Origin: Octopus sinensis
Taxonomy: Eukaryota
DNA: 64,000 bases
NCBI RefSeq assembly: GCF_006345805.1
Contig: NC_043000.1
Span: 46,686,001-46,750,000 of the forward strand
Direction: 5' to 3'
This document shows, in pieces, positions 49,946-64,000 of this stretch; position 1 is the stretch's first letter, and every line of letters begins with the position of its first letter. The notes under the pieces were generated by a model. It was not told the DNA's origin. It saw only the letters and a list, made by a program, of their open reading frames with translations, and did not search any database. Made by a program: the position numbers and the translations under genes.

Positions 49946-51252
49946 TTAATTGCATGCGAATTGGCAGTGTCTTTAATATGCGGAATATGCTGCTTTGCTC
50001 TATTTCTTCCAACTATATATTCAATGAGTTCACATCCTGCTGAGGTCAGTATTCCTGTGTTGTTGTTTTTTCTTTTTTTTCTTCTTTCTCTTTGTTGGGA
50101 TCTAGCAGAATTGTTAAACCATTGAATGAGATTGCACACTGCAATATCCGTTACAGCAACCCAGAAAGAAAAATAGGCAAAAATAAACATATAATAATTT
50201 TTTTAAATAAATGATAAAAACAATAACATTTCTGTCAGGACATACAAATGAAATGATGTATCAGCAATTGAGAAACTATGGGAAACATAGTTTCCTTGGG
50301 TTGATTGAAAGATCAGCAGCTGTGAGACAATATTATCATTGGCTATATATATATATATATAAAAAATTTGGTGGGGGTGTGTTCATACATGAGTAAATGT
50401 TGCCTACCATTGCACTATTTATATAAGCTCTAAAATTTGACAAAATATACATTATATGTTTTAGATACTCCACTTACTTCAAAAAGTGATATTCAGCTCA
50501 TGTCACTTCATTCTCTGAAATTACACACAAATCTTCCACCTCCTTAACAAATTAAATCTGTTATCTCAGGGTTAGTAACCTCTGCTATAATATTACCCAA
50601 TCTATGATCAGAAATGGAATGCTTCATAAAGATGTTTGCACTGCAGATAATTCATGCAGCATAGAGATTTTCTCGTTAATAAGCACCATGTTGAAATTAC
50701 ACTCTGCTGAATCAATTTTTCAATATGTTTGCTTCCTGCCATAGACTAAGATGCCTCAATCATCATTGATATTAATCAAAATAACTTCAACATTATATCC
50801 TAAGCTAACAACTATATATTCCTGCTCCTTCATTTAAAAATATAAATTGAGCTTAATTAGAATTATGAAATAACTTTATTCCTAAAATCTCTCATTTTTT
50901 AATGTGCATTATTGCTTTGGTCTGTGCACCAGTTGTATATTACACATTGCTGCATTAACCACCTGCTATATTTTGAAACAGCTGTTAAGTTATATCAAGA
51001 TTTATACTTCTTTGACAAATATGTTTGTATTTTAACTGATGCAACATCATTTATAAGCGATTTAATTCCTTATATAAGTGTTTGTCTACATTTCACTTAT
51101 TTGTTACACACTCAAGCTATACATTTCTTACAACTTTTGTTCTGCATCATATCATTTTTCACTCTGATCAAAATTCTGGATTTTATGAATCTGTACTAGC
51201 ATCTTCTTGTCCTTTGCATGTATACATATATGTATATGTGCATGCGCATTTG

Positions 51253-51293
<41 letters not shown>

Positions 51294-51678
51294 TAAAGAG
51301 AGGCAAAAGATAAGTTATCAATATATATTTAGTTTTGAAATCATATGCACCAGAATATGTGCTAAAATATATATATATAAAAATATACTCAAAATAAACA
51401 TTTTTAATATATATATATTTCTATGTATATATTTTCAATGTATTTTAATAAATTTTGAGTATATTTTTATATCTTTTATTTTTTACCGGTTTCAGCACAT
51501 AATCTGATGCATATGATTTTAAAACTGAATATATTTTGATAACTAATCCATTGTCTCTCTTTAGCATTTCTCTATTTTTCTATAGCTCAGTCACACAGCA
51601 CTTCAATATGACCTATATAGAGAGATAATTCTATCTCTGAAAAATATTATATATGTTTGTGTGTGTGTATACACACAC

Positions 51679-51754
<76 letters not shown>

Positions 51755-51760
51755 GTATAA

Positions 51761-51939
51761 AAAGCACCCACTACACTCACAGAGTGGTTGGTGTTAGGAA
51801 GGGCATCCAGCTGTAGAAACATTGCCAGATAAGACTGGAGCCTGGTGCAGCCTTCTGGCTTCCCAGATCCCCGGTCGAACCATCCAACCCATGCTAGCAT
51901 GGAGAACAGACGTTAAACGATGATGATGATGATGATGAT
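51761..51939 (+). mobile_element. Short retroposon tail ending in (GAT)n (RTE-type tail)
   Basis: gagtggttggtgttaggaagggcatccagctgtagaaac...ccatgctagcatggagaacagacgttaaac-(GAT)n. Related tails lie near 1310-1360, 45770-45860 and, on the minus strand, 49085-49130. The RTE link is inferred. Confidence 0.65.
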
Positions 51940-52953
51940 ATATAAGCCAATAACAGTGAGAATGGGTGCTCAACACTACATTGGGGGATAAATATTCTTC
52001 ATTTGTTGGTTAACAAGGCTGTCATTTGTTTCATGCCAGGGATTTTCAGCAAGTAGCAAGCCTGCCACATGCATGGGACGTTAATATTCACCTCTATCTT
52101 GGATAAAAATACAACAAAGTTGTACAGAACTCCTAATTGTTATCTCCCTTGCATTAGAATATGAAAACACACACAAATGCCCGTGTGCATCTATGCCAAA
52201 TATGTGCACACATACACACACACTGAAACATACATCTACTTTATGGATTTTGTTCATGTTTGTGTATATGCACTTAATTGTTTGTATTTGTTTGTATTTG
52301 CACATACATGCAGGTAACTGCAGATTTTTACATACTTTTTGCATATTTTGACATCAGACATCATCCATGGGGTGCTGAATTCATGAGATTGTATGTTCAT
52401 GAGCCTATGTATCATGCGGTATCATACACATTTTCTTATATACATACACACACATATATGGAGTTTCACACATTTTGACTTCAAACTTGGTCCAGGAGAT
52501 TATTATATAATACTCTATATATAATTCAAGGATTGCAGATTTGTGATTTTGTGTATATCATGTGATGTCATGAATGTATGAAGCACGTATGTCTATGTAA
52601 TGAGAGAGTTCATCTTATTTTTATGGGGGGAATGTGTCTTTTATGCTTAATGTTCATATGATACATATAATTTATATTCAGAGAAAAACTGGAGGGTGGC
52701 AAAGTAAGTGGAGGGTTGTGCCTGAAGTTTCAAAGTATGAATTGTCAGTTATGCATGCAGTGGATGCTTAGTCCCTAATATTTATAACATTCACTACTGT
52801 TTTATGATATTTAGTTTTTCTATAATGTAAACCTCACATTTGCTATCCATTCCCTTGCATTTTCCAGTCTTTGCAATAATACTCTAGTTTATCTAGGAGT
52901 TTCTTACGCCTCTCACTTTAAGTGCCCACTCCATGTTGGATAAAGAGTGTATA

Positions 52954-53151
52954 TACATTATTTACATTATTTACATATGACGGATATTTGTCCTCATCTT
53001 GTTTGTTGTTAACACAACGTTTCAGCTGATATACCCTCCAGCCTTCATCAGGTGTCTTGGGGAAATTTCAAACAAGATAAGGACAAACATATGTCAAATG
53101 TAAATAATATAAATGATGTACATAATTCCTCTTCTCTTAAATATAGAACTG
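52954..53151. mobile_element. Centre-deleted copy of the HHR-SINE inverted dimer
   Basis: A minus arm (tail plus HHR, 52954-53069) is fused at ggaaatttc|aaacaag to the plus-arm tail (53070-53151). It has the same outer ends as 40265-40897. Confidence 0.8.
53011..53056 (-). ncRNA. Minimal type I hammerhead motif, best-preserved copy of the SINE-type family
   Basis: GACAC-CTGATGA-A-GGCTG-gagggtatat-CAGCT-GAAAC-GTT-GTGTT. Stem III is a zero-loop palindrome (ACGT) and the triplet is GUU. Confidence 0.75.
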
Positions 53152-53164
53152 GTAAGTTGTGTAT

Positions 53165-53500
53165 GTTTTGCTTTTATTTCTGAATGAAGTCAAATGCTGT
53201 ATATATCACTCTTTCAAGGTACTTCCTGTCATTCCAATATAGGATTTTGCTATTCTGTTCAAATTCGTAATGTTGGCGTTGTACACTAGTTCTTTTCCAG
53301 TCATCTGTCCTGAGATTTACAATTACAGGATCTTTGAATATAGTCGACCCTCTATTTGGGGGTGAGGGGTAAATATTACTAACTTTAACCGCATTTCTGT
53401 TGAGTATCTTTGTGGTATTTATGTGAGTGAAGAAACTGGTCTTCTATGAATCTTAAGAATTTTATGCTTGCCACAATGATAGTTTGAGTTCAACTAAGGA
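53165..53500 (-). mobile_element. Penelope-like GIY-YIG fragment
   Basis: Manual translation gives KFLRFIEDQFLHSHKYHKILNRNAVKV... and LVYNANITNLNRIAKSYIGMTGSTLKE*YIQHLTSFRNK. Confidence 0.8.
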
Positions 53501-55739
53501 AAGCCATCTTGTCATGACCTTGATTTTTGTTCTTATCTTTTGCACACAAACAGGCAATAAGACTAGAAAATTGGAAGAGATGGGTAAATGTTATTAGTGG
53601 CAGAGATAGCAATTTGCTTAATATTTACTAATATCATAAAAAATACTTAATTTAATTAAATTCTTATTTTTTAATAACTTTAATCTACTCTCTGGCTCTT
53701 AATTGAAATCTTAAGCACAAGGAAATGCAGTATTTAAAATGATGTTTTATATACCATAGAAATTCTACTGCTCTCACATAAGCAAGTACACACAATTGCA
53801 TACATGCACACATGTAGACAAGAAGCAAAGTAATCAGATTTAAAAAAGAAAACACTAGAGTCATAGCACTTATCTCAATGTCATTCATGTCATGTAAGTA
53901 GGTGCAGTTATAAATTAGTGTGGTGCACATCTTTATTTGGAGTAATGGAAATAGTGTACTGATAAAAAAAAAAGGGTGCTTAGCCAGGCTACAGTGCTGA
54001 GTAAAACTGTTTGGGTACACTGCTACCCTGTAAAAAATATATCAAGGAAATATATTAGAACTATATCAGTATAATTACATGGCATTTAATTTAATTGATA
54101 ATTTTTGTATGCTAAATCTTCAAGTGTACAAAGATGCAGTAAACAACAATATTTCCACCACCATCGCCAATACACCAGCACCATCACCATTTCCACTACC
54201 AGCACCATCTACAACAACAACAACTAAAATTACAGAGAGCAACAATAACAAATGTTATGTCAGAATCAAATTGTACATTTGCAAAAAGTTTGTATTACTA
54301 ATGGAAAAAAATATTTCACATCATTTGTAAATTTTTATTCCATGCTCTTTATTTTTCTATCATCAGTGGAGCTATAGAAGAAATGGAATTTGACAAATGT
54401 TGTTTTGTATTAACTATTACAAATTGCTGGACAGAACTGCTATTATTTCTCTTTGAGTTGAGATATTAAGCTTATCCGATTCCAATTGTTTTTCAATAAT
54501 GTTTAGCATTCTTAGATTACTGCTAAATGTTGAAATCATTACACATATTATACAACAAGAGATAGGAGCTTAAATTGACTGTGCAAATGCAATGAATATG
54601 GATAGAGTAGTTTTGTTTATTGATTGATTTGCTTCACTAGAAAGAGCAGTAATGCAAAAGCTTTTTAAAAGAGAGATTTATTATATATTGTGGACATAAA
54701 GTTATGTTTGTTAGTGTGTTCTTGTGTTCTATCAGTGCCAGTAAAGAATTTCAAAATTTCAAATAAATTTCAGTATTTGGATTTGTTTTGCATTAGCATG
54801 CAAATTATTTGCAAGAATGATATAAAGAAATCATGCAATTATTTAACAGAATCATATTGTGTTTATTATTATTTTTTAAATTTTTATCTTGAAGTAAATT
54901 ATATTTATGTGTTCCTTGTGAAAGTGCAATTAGAGATGACATTTTCTTTTCTAAAATCTGTGCTGAAATTCAATGAAGTAATTAAAAATTCTAGGTCAAA
55001 TTAACATATTAAAAAGTATTTATGACTGATCTATAATGAATAGAGACTGGGTATTGTATGAATTTAAATGTGTAACAACGTGTCTCTATACATTACCATA
55101 TACATAAATATGCACACTTATAGTTACTATATAACATAAAAGTGTGAGTTGGTAGAAACATCTGAGCATTGTATAGAATACCATGCAGTAATTCTCCCAT
55201 ATATCTGCATTCAAAGTTCCAATCTTGCCAAGACCAGTTTTGCCTTTCAAGCTTTCAGATATGATAACTAATGGTAATGATAAATAATTCTTCCTTCTAT
55301 AAGCACAATGCCCAAAATTTTGAGTGGGAGAGCTAGTTGAGCAACCAAGGTGCTCAACTGATACTTACTTTATCAACTCCAAAAGGATGAAATTTGAAGT
55401 CAACCGTTGTGACACTTGAACTCAGATTGTGAAGCCAGAGGAAATTCCATAAAGCATTTTCTCCAGTGTGCTTATGTTTCCACCAGCTCGTTGCCTTAAA
55501 TGATAATGATAAGTAATAAAAAAAATATACTATGAAGTGGGTTTAGCAGTGTTGGATGAGATGTCTTGCTGTATCTGTTTGTATTTTCAGTTCCTGTCAC
55601 TGACATCCTTATAGCAGGAAACAGCAATTTAATGCCAGATGGAAGCTAGATGATTATGAGGGACATCTGGCTGCTATAGCTAGTAATTATATAAAGGCTG
55701 TAATCTAACTTCAGATCAGTCCTGAATGTTGCTGATCAA

Positions 55740-55782
55740 TGATTAAGAGATCGATGATCAAGAGATCGATAATCAAGAGATG
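55740..55782. repeat. 15-bp minisatellite, about 3 units
   Basis: tgattaagagatcga / tgatcaagagatcga / taatcaagagatg. Confidence 0.8.
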
Positions 55783-56394
55783 TTCTAGTCATGATGATCA
55801 GGACTATATTAACCAAGATACTCTTCCTATGCTTAAGAGTATAGAGTAAGATTTGAAGAAGACAAGTTTGGTATATTCTTGTGAGTGAGGCAGTAACATA
55901 TAGAGGCTCTTTCATTAACATTTTGTGGCATTCATTTACTTTCAAAATATTTCCATTTTTCTATTTCTTTGATTAGTTCTTTTAATTTTTCCACAATATA
56001 TATAATTTTAAGCTAAAATGAGATGGAGACAAATATGATTAATTTTGAAACATATAAAGCAATATTGCAACAAATTAAATTGAGTTTTAAAAAACTCTAA
56101 TTAGTTTTGTTTGTTTTCCTTAAGAAATTATATGTTGCTATGTAAACAAAATGTTTTAACTTTCTGAAAGTAGAATTTAAATGTCAATGACATTTTTATA
56201 ATTTTATGTAAGTCATTCTTATTTGTAAATCATTTTGGAAAATAACTTATTATATGTATACTAATGTATAAAAGTGTGTTTTGCATGTATGCTTGTGTGA
56301 AGATAGATCTTGGAATGTTTGTGATATTTGAGAGAATCAGGTGGCATGCACTCACTGCTGATATCTTGAAAGTGTGCCTCATACATGTGTGTGT

Positions 56395-56606
56395 GTATTA
56401 TATACCCATATGTATGCACATATATACATATGCATATACACACATCTATATATGCATATGTACATACATATATATATATATATTATATATATATATATAC
56501 ACATACACATACATGCACACACACATATATACGTATATATATGTAGATATGTTTATATATATATATATATACATAATATATATTATATATATATATATAT
56601 ATATAC

Positions 56607-56645
<39 letters not shown>

Positions 56646-56652
56646 TATATAT
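56395..56652. repeat. (TA)n/(CA)n low-complexity tract
   Basis: Direct reading. Confidence 0.92.
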
Positions 56653-58999
56653 AGGCAGCTGAAATACTTGACTTTATAAATGTAATTATCTTGAAAATGG
56701 ACCCATATAAGTTAAACATTCAAAAGTGGTATACAGAGACACAGAAAGAACCTTGGAACAATTCTTTGGAAGATAAACATTAGCTTGCTTTTAGCATAAT
56801 TACTCAAACTTTTCTCTATTTGCTTTGTTTTATGACTGATGTTTGCAAGAGACAAAGGAGATATTTATAAGAATAATTTATGGTTATTTCTAGTTTCAAT
56901 TACTTTCTAAAACACTCTTCTTTACTTGTAAAATTGAATAGCAATTCCTGCTTATATTGTAATTTCACAATGAAGTTTCATGTTTAGCACATACACTGTT
57001 TGGGTTTACTTTGACAGTGTAAAATTACTCTTATTCTTCATGAAAAACAATACCTTTACTTTAATAACACTATCTGGTTGACTAACTCTCCGAAATAGAG
57101 AGTAAACTATTTTATGACATTGCATTGTCTTTATCAGTCTCTTCTCTCTCCCTTTCTTCTTCTCTAGGTTTTTCTGGCTCCATCTTCTTCCTTTTATTTG
57201 CCTACTTTTGTATTTCTTTATATAGCACTTAATTTCTAAATTACAAAAAATTCCCTTTTTAAATAGATTTAATTCTAAACATGTAGTACAAAGTGCCTTT
57301 TGGAACCACAAACTATGTATTCTAAACATTGCAATGAGATAAACTTGGATATCATTTCACAAGTAAATGCCATTTCTTTATATAAATATAATTATTGTTG
57401 AAGTATATTAGAAACATTCTGAATTCAAACTTGTGTTTTAAATAAAAATATTAATTTGTGTTATATACAGACAGCTTATTGAAAGTGAAATTACACTACA
57501 TGTTAGTATTCTCTGAATTATTGTAATGATATATTTGTTTCTGAATAAATTTTCGTTGTTTATTTTTATTACATTTTTATCCAAATGAAATCACCAGAGT
57601 ACTCTGTTTTTATAGCTTTCAACAAAGAAAAGTTTAGGAATCACATATCTTTCAAGAAATATAACTTGAAGATAACTAAACTTGATCTATGAATTTAAAG
57701 ACATTCATGATTGATGCAACAACTGAAATGGTACTTTGATGCTGTTGTTGTTAGATAGATTCAAACATCATTCATCAAATGGATCTATGTCACAGAAGAA
57801 GCGAATTGAAGGCCTTGAAGAGACACTCAAGTATTAAATGTGTAACATATCTTCCATTTTCCAGCCACAGTTTGTCCACAATGCTAATAATACTTAAACT
57901 CTTATCTCAATGGATCAGAAGAATAGATATTGACAGGAAGCATAACTACGAAGCTGATCATCAATTATATTGTATTGGCTAACCTTGTGTTATATTATGC
58001 CTTTAAATCTAATATGCTGCCTTTCTCAGATCCTTTAGCTTGCAATGTTTGTAAAGTTCTGTTTAGATAACTTTAGGCTACAGCCAACCCATCCCAAACC
58101 ACACTATGCTTTCCTATACCATACCATTCCTTTTGTTCTAAAGCTTAACACTGAAAGACATGAAGCTCTTGTATTTAAGATAGTAGAAAATTACTTTGAA
58201 AGGCAAGATTTATTGAACTGCTGAATTTAGCATTTGTACCTGTACCTCTTACAGAAGTATCTTCTTAAAACAATTTTTATCTCAGTTATGAACAACTTCT
58301 GCATGACCTTATTTAACTTTAAAATTTAACAATGAAACTTACCCATTAATATTGCTTTCATCAAAGTTTATGACAATATAATAATGCCTGTAAACTTTGA
58401 GCATAAACATTATTTTTTAAAAATCTGTAATTTTATTCATATTAGCTGATGTTGACTATGGTTATGCCTTTTTCTCCATTTTCACAATAAAATGAACACT
58501 TGTTTCTTCAGATCATTTTCTGTGAATGCCAAAAGGAAAGAATTAACTAGGCTAATTGGATTTCAGTTGAACTCTTCATTAGTAATGAATCGATGGCTTT
58601 TTGATGACTTGATCTGGTTGAAAAGTTCTCTCTTCATTTTTATCTGAATATTGTGTCAGGATGATCTTTGGAGATTTGTTGCTGTTGTCATCTTGTAACA
58701 GCAATTCACTCATTGATAAGCACAGCAGAACAGATTAATGAACAGTGGCCTAACATGAATTATATTTTTCCCTTTCAAGTTCTTTTGTAAATAATCAAGT
58801 TGTAGTTGTTTTTGTTTAACATCAGGTCATCTCTGATCAAACAGGCCTATTTCCACAAGCATTATTGCTATGACCATCTCATCTTTTCATACGTAGTTTA
58901 TCACAGACTATTTTACTTAATATATCCTTATTTTCTAAAGAAAGTAGAGTATGAATTGAATGATATTTGGCAGCTATTCCTAGCAATTTGAGCAACTAC

Positions 59000-59960
59000 A
59001 TGGAGGCGTTAGTTTAGCTGAAGAATTTTTGCTTGGTATCTGATCATCAGTATTGTGTAATATCCTTGGCTAATGCTCTTAACTTGGCAAAAAGTGCTTC
59101 ATGACATTTTCAAGGATAAGTTCAGTTCATCTTCTAGTGATTTGAAAGAAGGCATTGAGATGTTATCCCAGTGGTAAACTTTACAATACTCAACTTTTAC
59201 AATTAACTGCACCACGGGGATTTAAAATTTTATTTTAAATTTATTTACTGGTTTGTTATTACGAGGAAGTAACTGGGGGATAGATGCAGTAAATAGATGC
59301 AGATTAATAGTTAGGTTTGAGGAACAGTGGCCACTGTAATATCAGGGGATAAAAGAGACAATGAGCAATATTTCTGTGGTGCAAGGACTGAGGTTTGTTA
59401 GTGAGTAACTGCATGACAAACAATTATATAGCTTTATTTTGAATGTGGTCTTGTAATTTCTGTATGTGTGACATCTGTACTGTCCCAAATGAGATAGAAG
59501 AAATCTATTGTGATTCTTGCTTGATTTTTGTAGACGGCTAGAAGTTACAAGAAGTTTTGCCATGAGAAGAATGTGTGCTCGTAAAGGATGATCCTAAGCG
59601 ACTGTGAGGCCTAACATTTGTGGTTACCTTTAGTGTTCCAGTTGCATATTATTTGCATTTGCAGGAAGTGTACAATATTGATTTCCTGATTGGTGTTGCA
59701 ATTTACTCATTGTGTAATTGAAGGAGACTAGATTAGTATGACCCCATTGGAGAATGTTTTCAAGGTGTCTGTGCATAAAGCTAGTGTATGTTTAGTATGT
59801 AATATCTGAATAACATAAAGATAACACTTGGGTGGTAAACATAATCTGTTGCCTGGTTTAGTACCACCATCTACATATTGAGTGCTTTTACCTTTGTACA
59901 TTTTTTTTGTAAGCATTTGAACCAAGTTTCTAGCTTCCTCCCCTCTGCACACTAATGTTG
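59000..59960 (-). mobile_element. Highly degenerate Penelope-like fragment
   Basis: Decayed PLE-like segments (TKPGNRL; RFLLSHLGQ...KIKLY..SCS; NCK...LPLG) appear in the expected order. No intact motif. Confidence 0.4.
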
Positions 59961-60894
59961 GAGGCCATTATGGGTACAATTATTCCCTCCTTGACTAAAT
60001 AGTAAATAAAATATATATTTAGGATGGAATGAGATGTAGTGTCATGTACATAGGTATGTAGCTTCTTATGGCATATAGGCCACTGATATATAGGAACAAA
60101 AGCAAACCTTGAGCTACATTAGAGGTGACAGAATATGGGCCAGAGAGTGCTCCAACCCAACACACACATACACTGTGACAGAGAGATCATGCAGGAAAAG
60201 TCCTGGTTTTAGATGTGAAATTCATGTGTTGCTAATGGACAGCATATTCATTCCTGTTAACTAAATTTTTTACAGAGAAGCTTAAAAAATAACCCTATCA
60301 ACTCTTAGGAGACAAAGGCTGGAAGAACTTTTAGAAATAACAGGCAAATATCCCTCAAACTATGCATCTTGCAAAGAGATACTTTAGATACACAGTGTCT
60401 GAAATGAAAAGAAAGGTAGGAGAGTCATGGCAAGAATGGTTGCTTAACCAAGGATGACAAGCAATGATATGGAAGTGAAATGGTTTTATTCAAAAGTCAT
60501 TTATAAATTTTTACTTCATGTTTTTTGTTATTTGCATTTTTTAAGTTTCCATGTGAACCAAGCCTGTGGTAAAGTTTCATGTGATTTCTAAATATAACTA
60601 ATTCATTTTAATTGTTACAATTACAATTAAGATAAGCAAGAACAACTATTACCTATTTTTTATCTTTTTTCTAAAATTTTTCTATCAAATGCCTACATGA
60701 CAAAAGTAAATGGAAAACATTCTACAGAACCGTTCCTAGGAACTATATGAGCAAAATAAAACTGTTAATAATATTTTCTGGCCTACCAATATAGTTTAGT
60801 ATTAAAATTTACATCTCCTTAACAGGTAAGAAATTGCAGCCAAATCTTCCTCACAGTAAATCAGATGCCATTATACTAAAACTTTAAAGCTATA

Positions 60895-61290
60895 TTGATA
60901 GTAAGTTGGTAGAATCATTCAAGCATTGGACAAAATACTTTGTGGTATTTGTTCTGGTTTAAATTCAAATCTCATGAAGTTCAACTTTGCCTTTCAACCT
61001 TCTAAAAGTTGACAAAATAAATAACAGTCTTGGGCATGGGACAAAATGCTTTGCCATATTTATTCCAATACTGAGGTAACAAGTTGGCAGAATTCTTAGC
61101 ACACGGGAGGAAATATAGTTAGTCACATTTTGTCCATGTTTATGTTCTGAGTTCATATTCTGCTGAGATGAACTTTGCTTTTTATCCTTTCAGGCTCAAA
61201 AAAATAAGTACCAGTTGAGCACTGGGGTCAAAGTAATCGACTTCCCCTCTTCTAAACTTGTTAACCCTGTGCCAAAATTTAAAATCAATA
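60895..61290 (+). mobile_element. Two tandem diverged SINE family A variants
   Basis: agttggtagaatc...ttcaactttgcctttc (60895-61025) and agttggcagaattcttagcac...ataagtaccagttgagcactggggtc (61065-61290). Confidence 0.7.
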
Positions 61291-61962
61291 TTTATTCTAG
61301 TTTTTTATAAGTGTGTTTAGATCAATACAGATGCCAAGAGCTTTCAGCCCTTGCATTTCTCTTGGACAAACACAGTAGCATAAACTAGAGAGACTTACTG
61401 TATGGGCTTATACCTTTCTTCAATAAAAATTCCCCTTTTCCAAAACCCAAATTCGGGAGAGGAACTTACCAAAGGTAGATGCTTAGATTGCTAATTAATC
61501 TATGTTAGAAAAAAAAAACAATCCTCACACAGCTGAGCTGGAATGTCTTTGGCCATATATCTTATCAATCACTCAGGTCTAGATTGGCTTGTAGGTAGTA
61601 CACTTAACCAGTCCACCAGTTTAACACCCTTCCTTACTATAGGTGTCTTCAGCAGTGTCCACTCATTTGGGAGCATTCAGGCCAGGCCTCCAACCAGAGA
61701 TTAAGTTTCTACCACCAATCTCAAAACTCTAAAATATGTTCATAGATGCTGCTCTTATTCATCTGAATAAAACATTAAAGAACAACAAAAACAGTGATTA
61801 GTTTTAAGTTTCTAAATCTGTGCTTATTTTTTAATTATGTTTTACATAAAGAAATACTGAAGTCATTTGACTTGTCTAAAAGCCATCATTTATATTTAGT
61901 TGTAGAGTAAAGTGAATCTGCTCTAGTGTATAATTAATATCTACTTTATTAACTGCAAAGAT

Positions 61963-62210
61963 GCATGGCCTAGTAGACAGGGTGTGGGATTTCCTATTGT
62001 AAAGCTGCAGGATCAAGTTAGTGATATGTTGTGCCCTTGAGTAAGATACTTCATTTTCTGTTCCTCCAATTACTCAAATGAAAATGAGTACAAGTAGTAG
62101 CTGCAGGCTAACCTTACAATGGATTGGTGTCCCTTCCAGATAGGAGTCTTGTACTTTTTGTCATCCAATACCATAATAAATCAAGATAACCTCTAACCTA
62201 ACGAGCTTGT
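61963..62210 (+). mobile_element. Old tRNA-derived SINE (family C/D-related)
   Basis: gcatggcctagtag head, tgttgtgcccttgagtaagatactt core and aatggattggtgtccc tail. Confidence 0.55.
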
Positions 62211-63224
62211 AAGCTCCAGACAGTCTTTAACTTTTATCATTACAAATATATATTTTGTCTGTGAAAGAATAGAAAGAAAAGTTATCAACTAAAGAATTTG
62301 AAACACAAAAAACACAACTAAGTGGCAATATGCATTTGGTCAAAAATATTATCATTTCTGTTCAACTTGTACAAAGAATTATTGATTTCAGTTTTGAGAT
62401 ATTTAATTTCATATCATTTCTAATAATTTATAATCCTGATATATTTAAGATGAAATTATGATATCACTAAGCAGGTCAGTTTAGATCATGTTGGTATTCA
62501 TATCTCATTTAGAGGGAAAAAATATCACTCTGTTTTTTTGTTGGATAACTTGAAACACAAGAATTTGAAAAATTCTAAAAATTATAATTGAATGGCAAAT
62601 TTAAATTAAAATATAGAAAGAAATAATTATAAAAATTAAAAGCTATAATAAATCTTACTGAAAAAAAATACGCACAGATAAAAAGTAAATATTTATAATT
62701 AAATCTCAGCATCTGACAAAGATTTTCAGCAATGAGCACTTGACCATCTATAGTTTTGCTATATTCTGTTTGAGGTGGGATTATTTGCCTGCTAGTTTAA
62801 TTCTCATTGTTATCAGATATTTGCATAATTCAAGTAAAGTTTTCTTTCTTATTCTGACAGCTTCTCAATAAGGCCTTTGGGCTCCCTATTAAAACAGTTT
62901 AAATAATTTTCACGTTACAAAAGAAAAACAAAAAGAAAGAGAAAGAATCAACGCCACCCCACCACCTCATACTAACATTTCTTTCAAAAACATCATTCTA
63001 TTATGATTTCTTTTCTTCCTCTTTCTTTTACCTTTATAAACATCGACAAAATTTAATAAATTGAAATAATTTGATTCAATTAAATCTTCAACTTGTTTCC
63101 TCGAGGGTTGGTTTTTGTGTGCACATAAATTGAAAAGTTCCTTCTTTTTCATCCATACATACATGTTTAGGTGATTGTATGTGTCTGTGCATTGATGTGT
63201 GTGTGTGTATTTATACACATGCAC

Positions 63225-63305
63225 ACACACACACACATATACTATATATGTAATATATAATATATTATCTGTATAATATTTTAATAGTTATAATTGTATG
63301 TGTGT

Positions 63306-63345
<40 letters not shown>

Positions 63346-63438
63346 TTATATGTACATATATAATATATATATCTATATTATATATATACTTATATGTACA
63401 TATACAATATAGATATATATATATATACATATATGTAC

Positions 63439-63493
<55 letters not shown>

Positions 63494-63600
63494 ATATATG
63501 TATATATATATTATATATATACATATAAGTATATATATATCTATATATGTATGTACATTCATATGTACATATATGAGTGTGTTTGGGTGTGTATGTGTGT
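63225..63600. repeat. (TA)n-rich low-complexity tract
   Basis: Direct reading. Confidence 0.92.
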
Positions 63601-64000
63601 GCGTATTTCTTTCAATTTTTATGACCTATGAAATTTATTCATTATTTTTTTTTCCATTCCAATAAACATTGTAACATGGCATAACAAAATTTTAGGTCAT
63701 GACTTTTTTTCCTCTTGTCAATCCTATCAGCAGTTTCAATCAAAATTTGAATTTATTGCAATATTTCCAATCAATTCAAATATTTAAAAGCATAAAATCT
63801 ATTAAATACAATGTTAAATGTCCTTTATAATGGATAGAGCGAGTCAATAAAGAATGATTACTAAACAAAACTCCCAGGCCATCACTAAAAATCAGTACGA
63901 TGCCCATAGAATAATGATTTTATTGTTAAATATTCCAGATTTTAAATTTGTTGCAAACAATTTATTCTCTAAAAGCATATATTATGAGTTCAAATTCACT

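Noticed and set aside
57755-57830. Coding-looking peptide DRFKHHSSNGSMSQKKRIEGLEETLK on the plus strand
   Set aside because: It is only 26 codons, with a weak donor, no recognisable family and no partner exons.
58560-58720. 51-codon minus-strand ORF (MSELLLQDDNSNKSPK...)
   Set aside because: It has no homology cue or clear splice sites, and ORFs of this length are expected by chance.

Overview
AT-rich, microsatellite-dense metazoan DNA. The SINE families and repeat landscape look like an octopus/coleoid cephalopod; this is an inference from pattern recognition, not a search. I could not identify a host protein-coding exon with confidence, and most ORFs in the track are translations of (TTA)n, (TA)n, (CA)n or (CAT)n repeats. 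The window is intronic or intergenic and filled with transposon fossils. These include several tRNA-derived SINE families, a near full-length Tc1 and a full-length mariner with TIRs, a DD37D-type remnant, a Dong/R4-like REL non-LTR fragment inside a (TAA)n array, RTE and CR1 fragments, a Helitron Rep remnant, TTAA-type MITEs and at least five Penelope-like (PLE) RT/GIY-YIG fragments. The most interesting signal is seven type I hammerhead ribozyme (HHR) motifs in four distinct short non-coding families. Most sit in fold-back (head-to-head) palindromes, and several have the palindromic or zero-loop stem III typical of dimer-activated minimal HHRs. One family joins a tRNA-like pol III head, an (ATA)n spacer and an HHR, so it is a candidate ribozyme-SINE/retrozyme; it recurs at two loci as the same asymmetric inverted dimer. 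A weakly supported chain of minus-strand micro-exon candidates is also noted.
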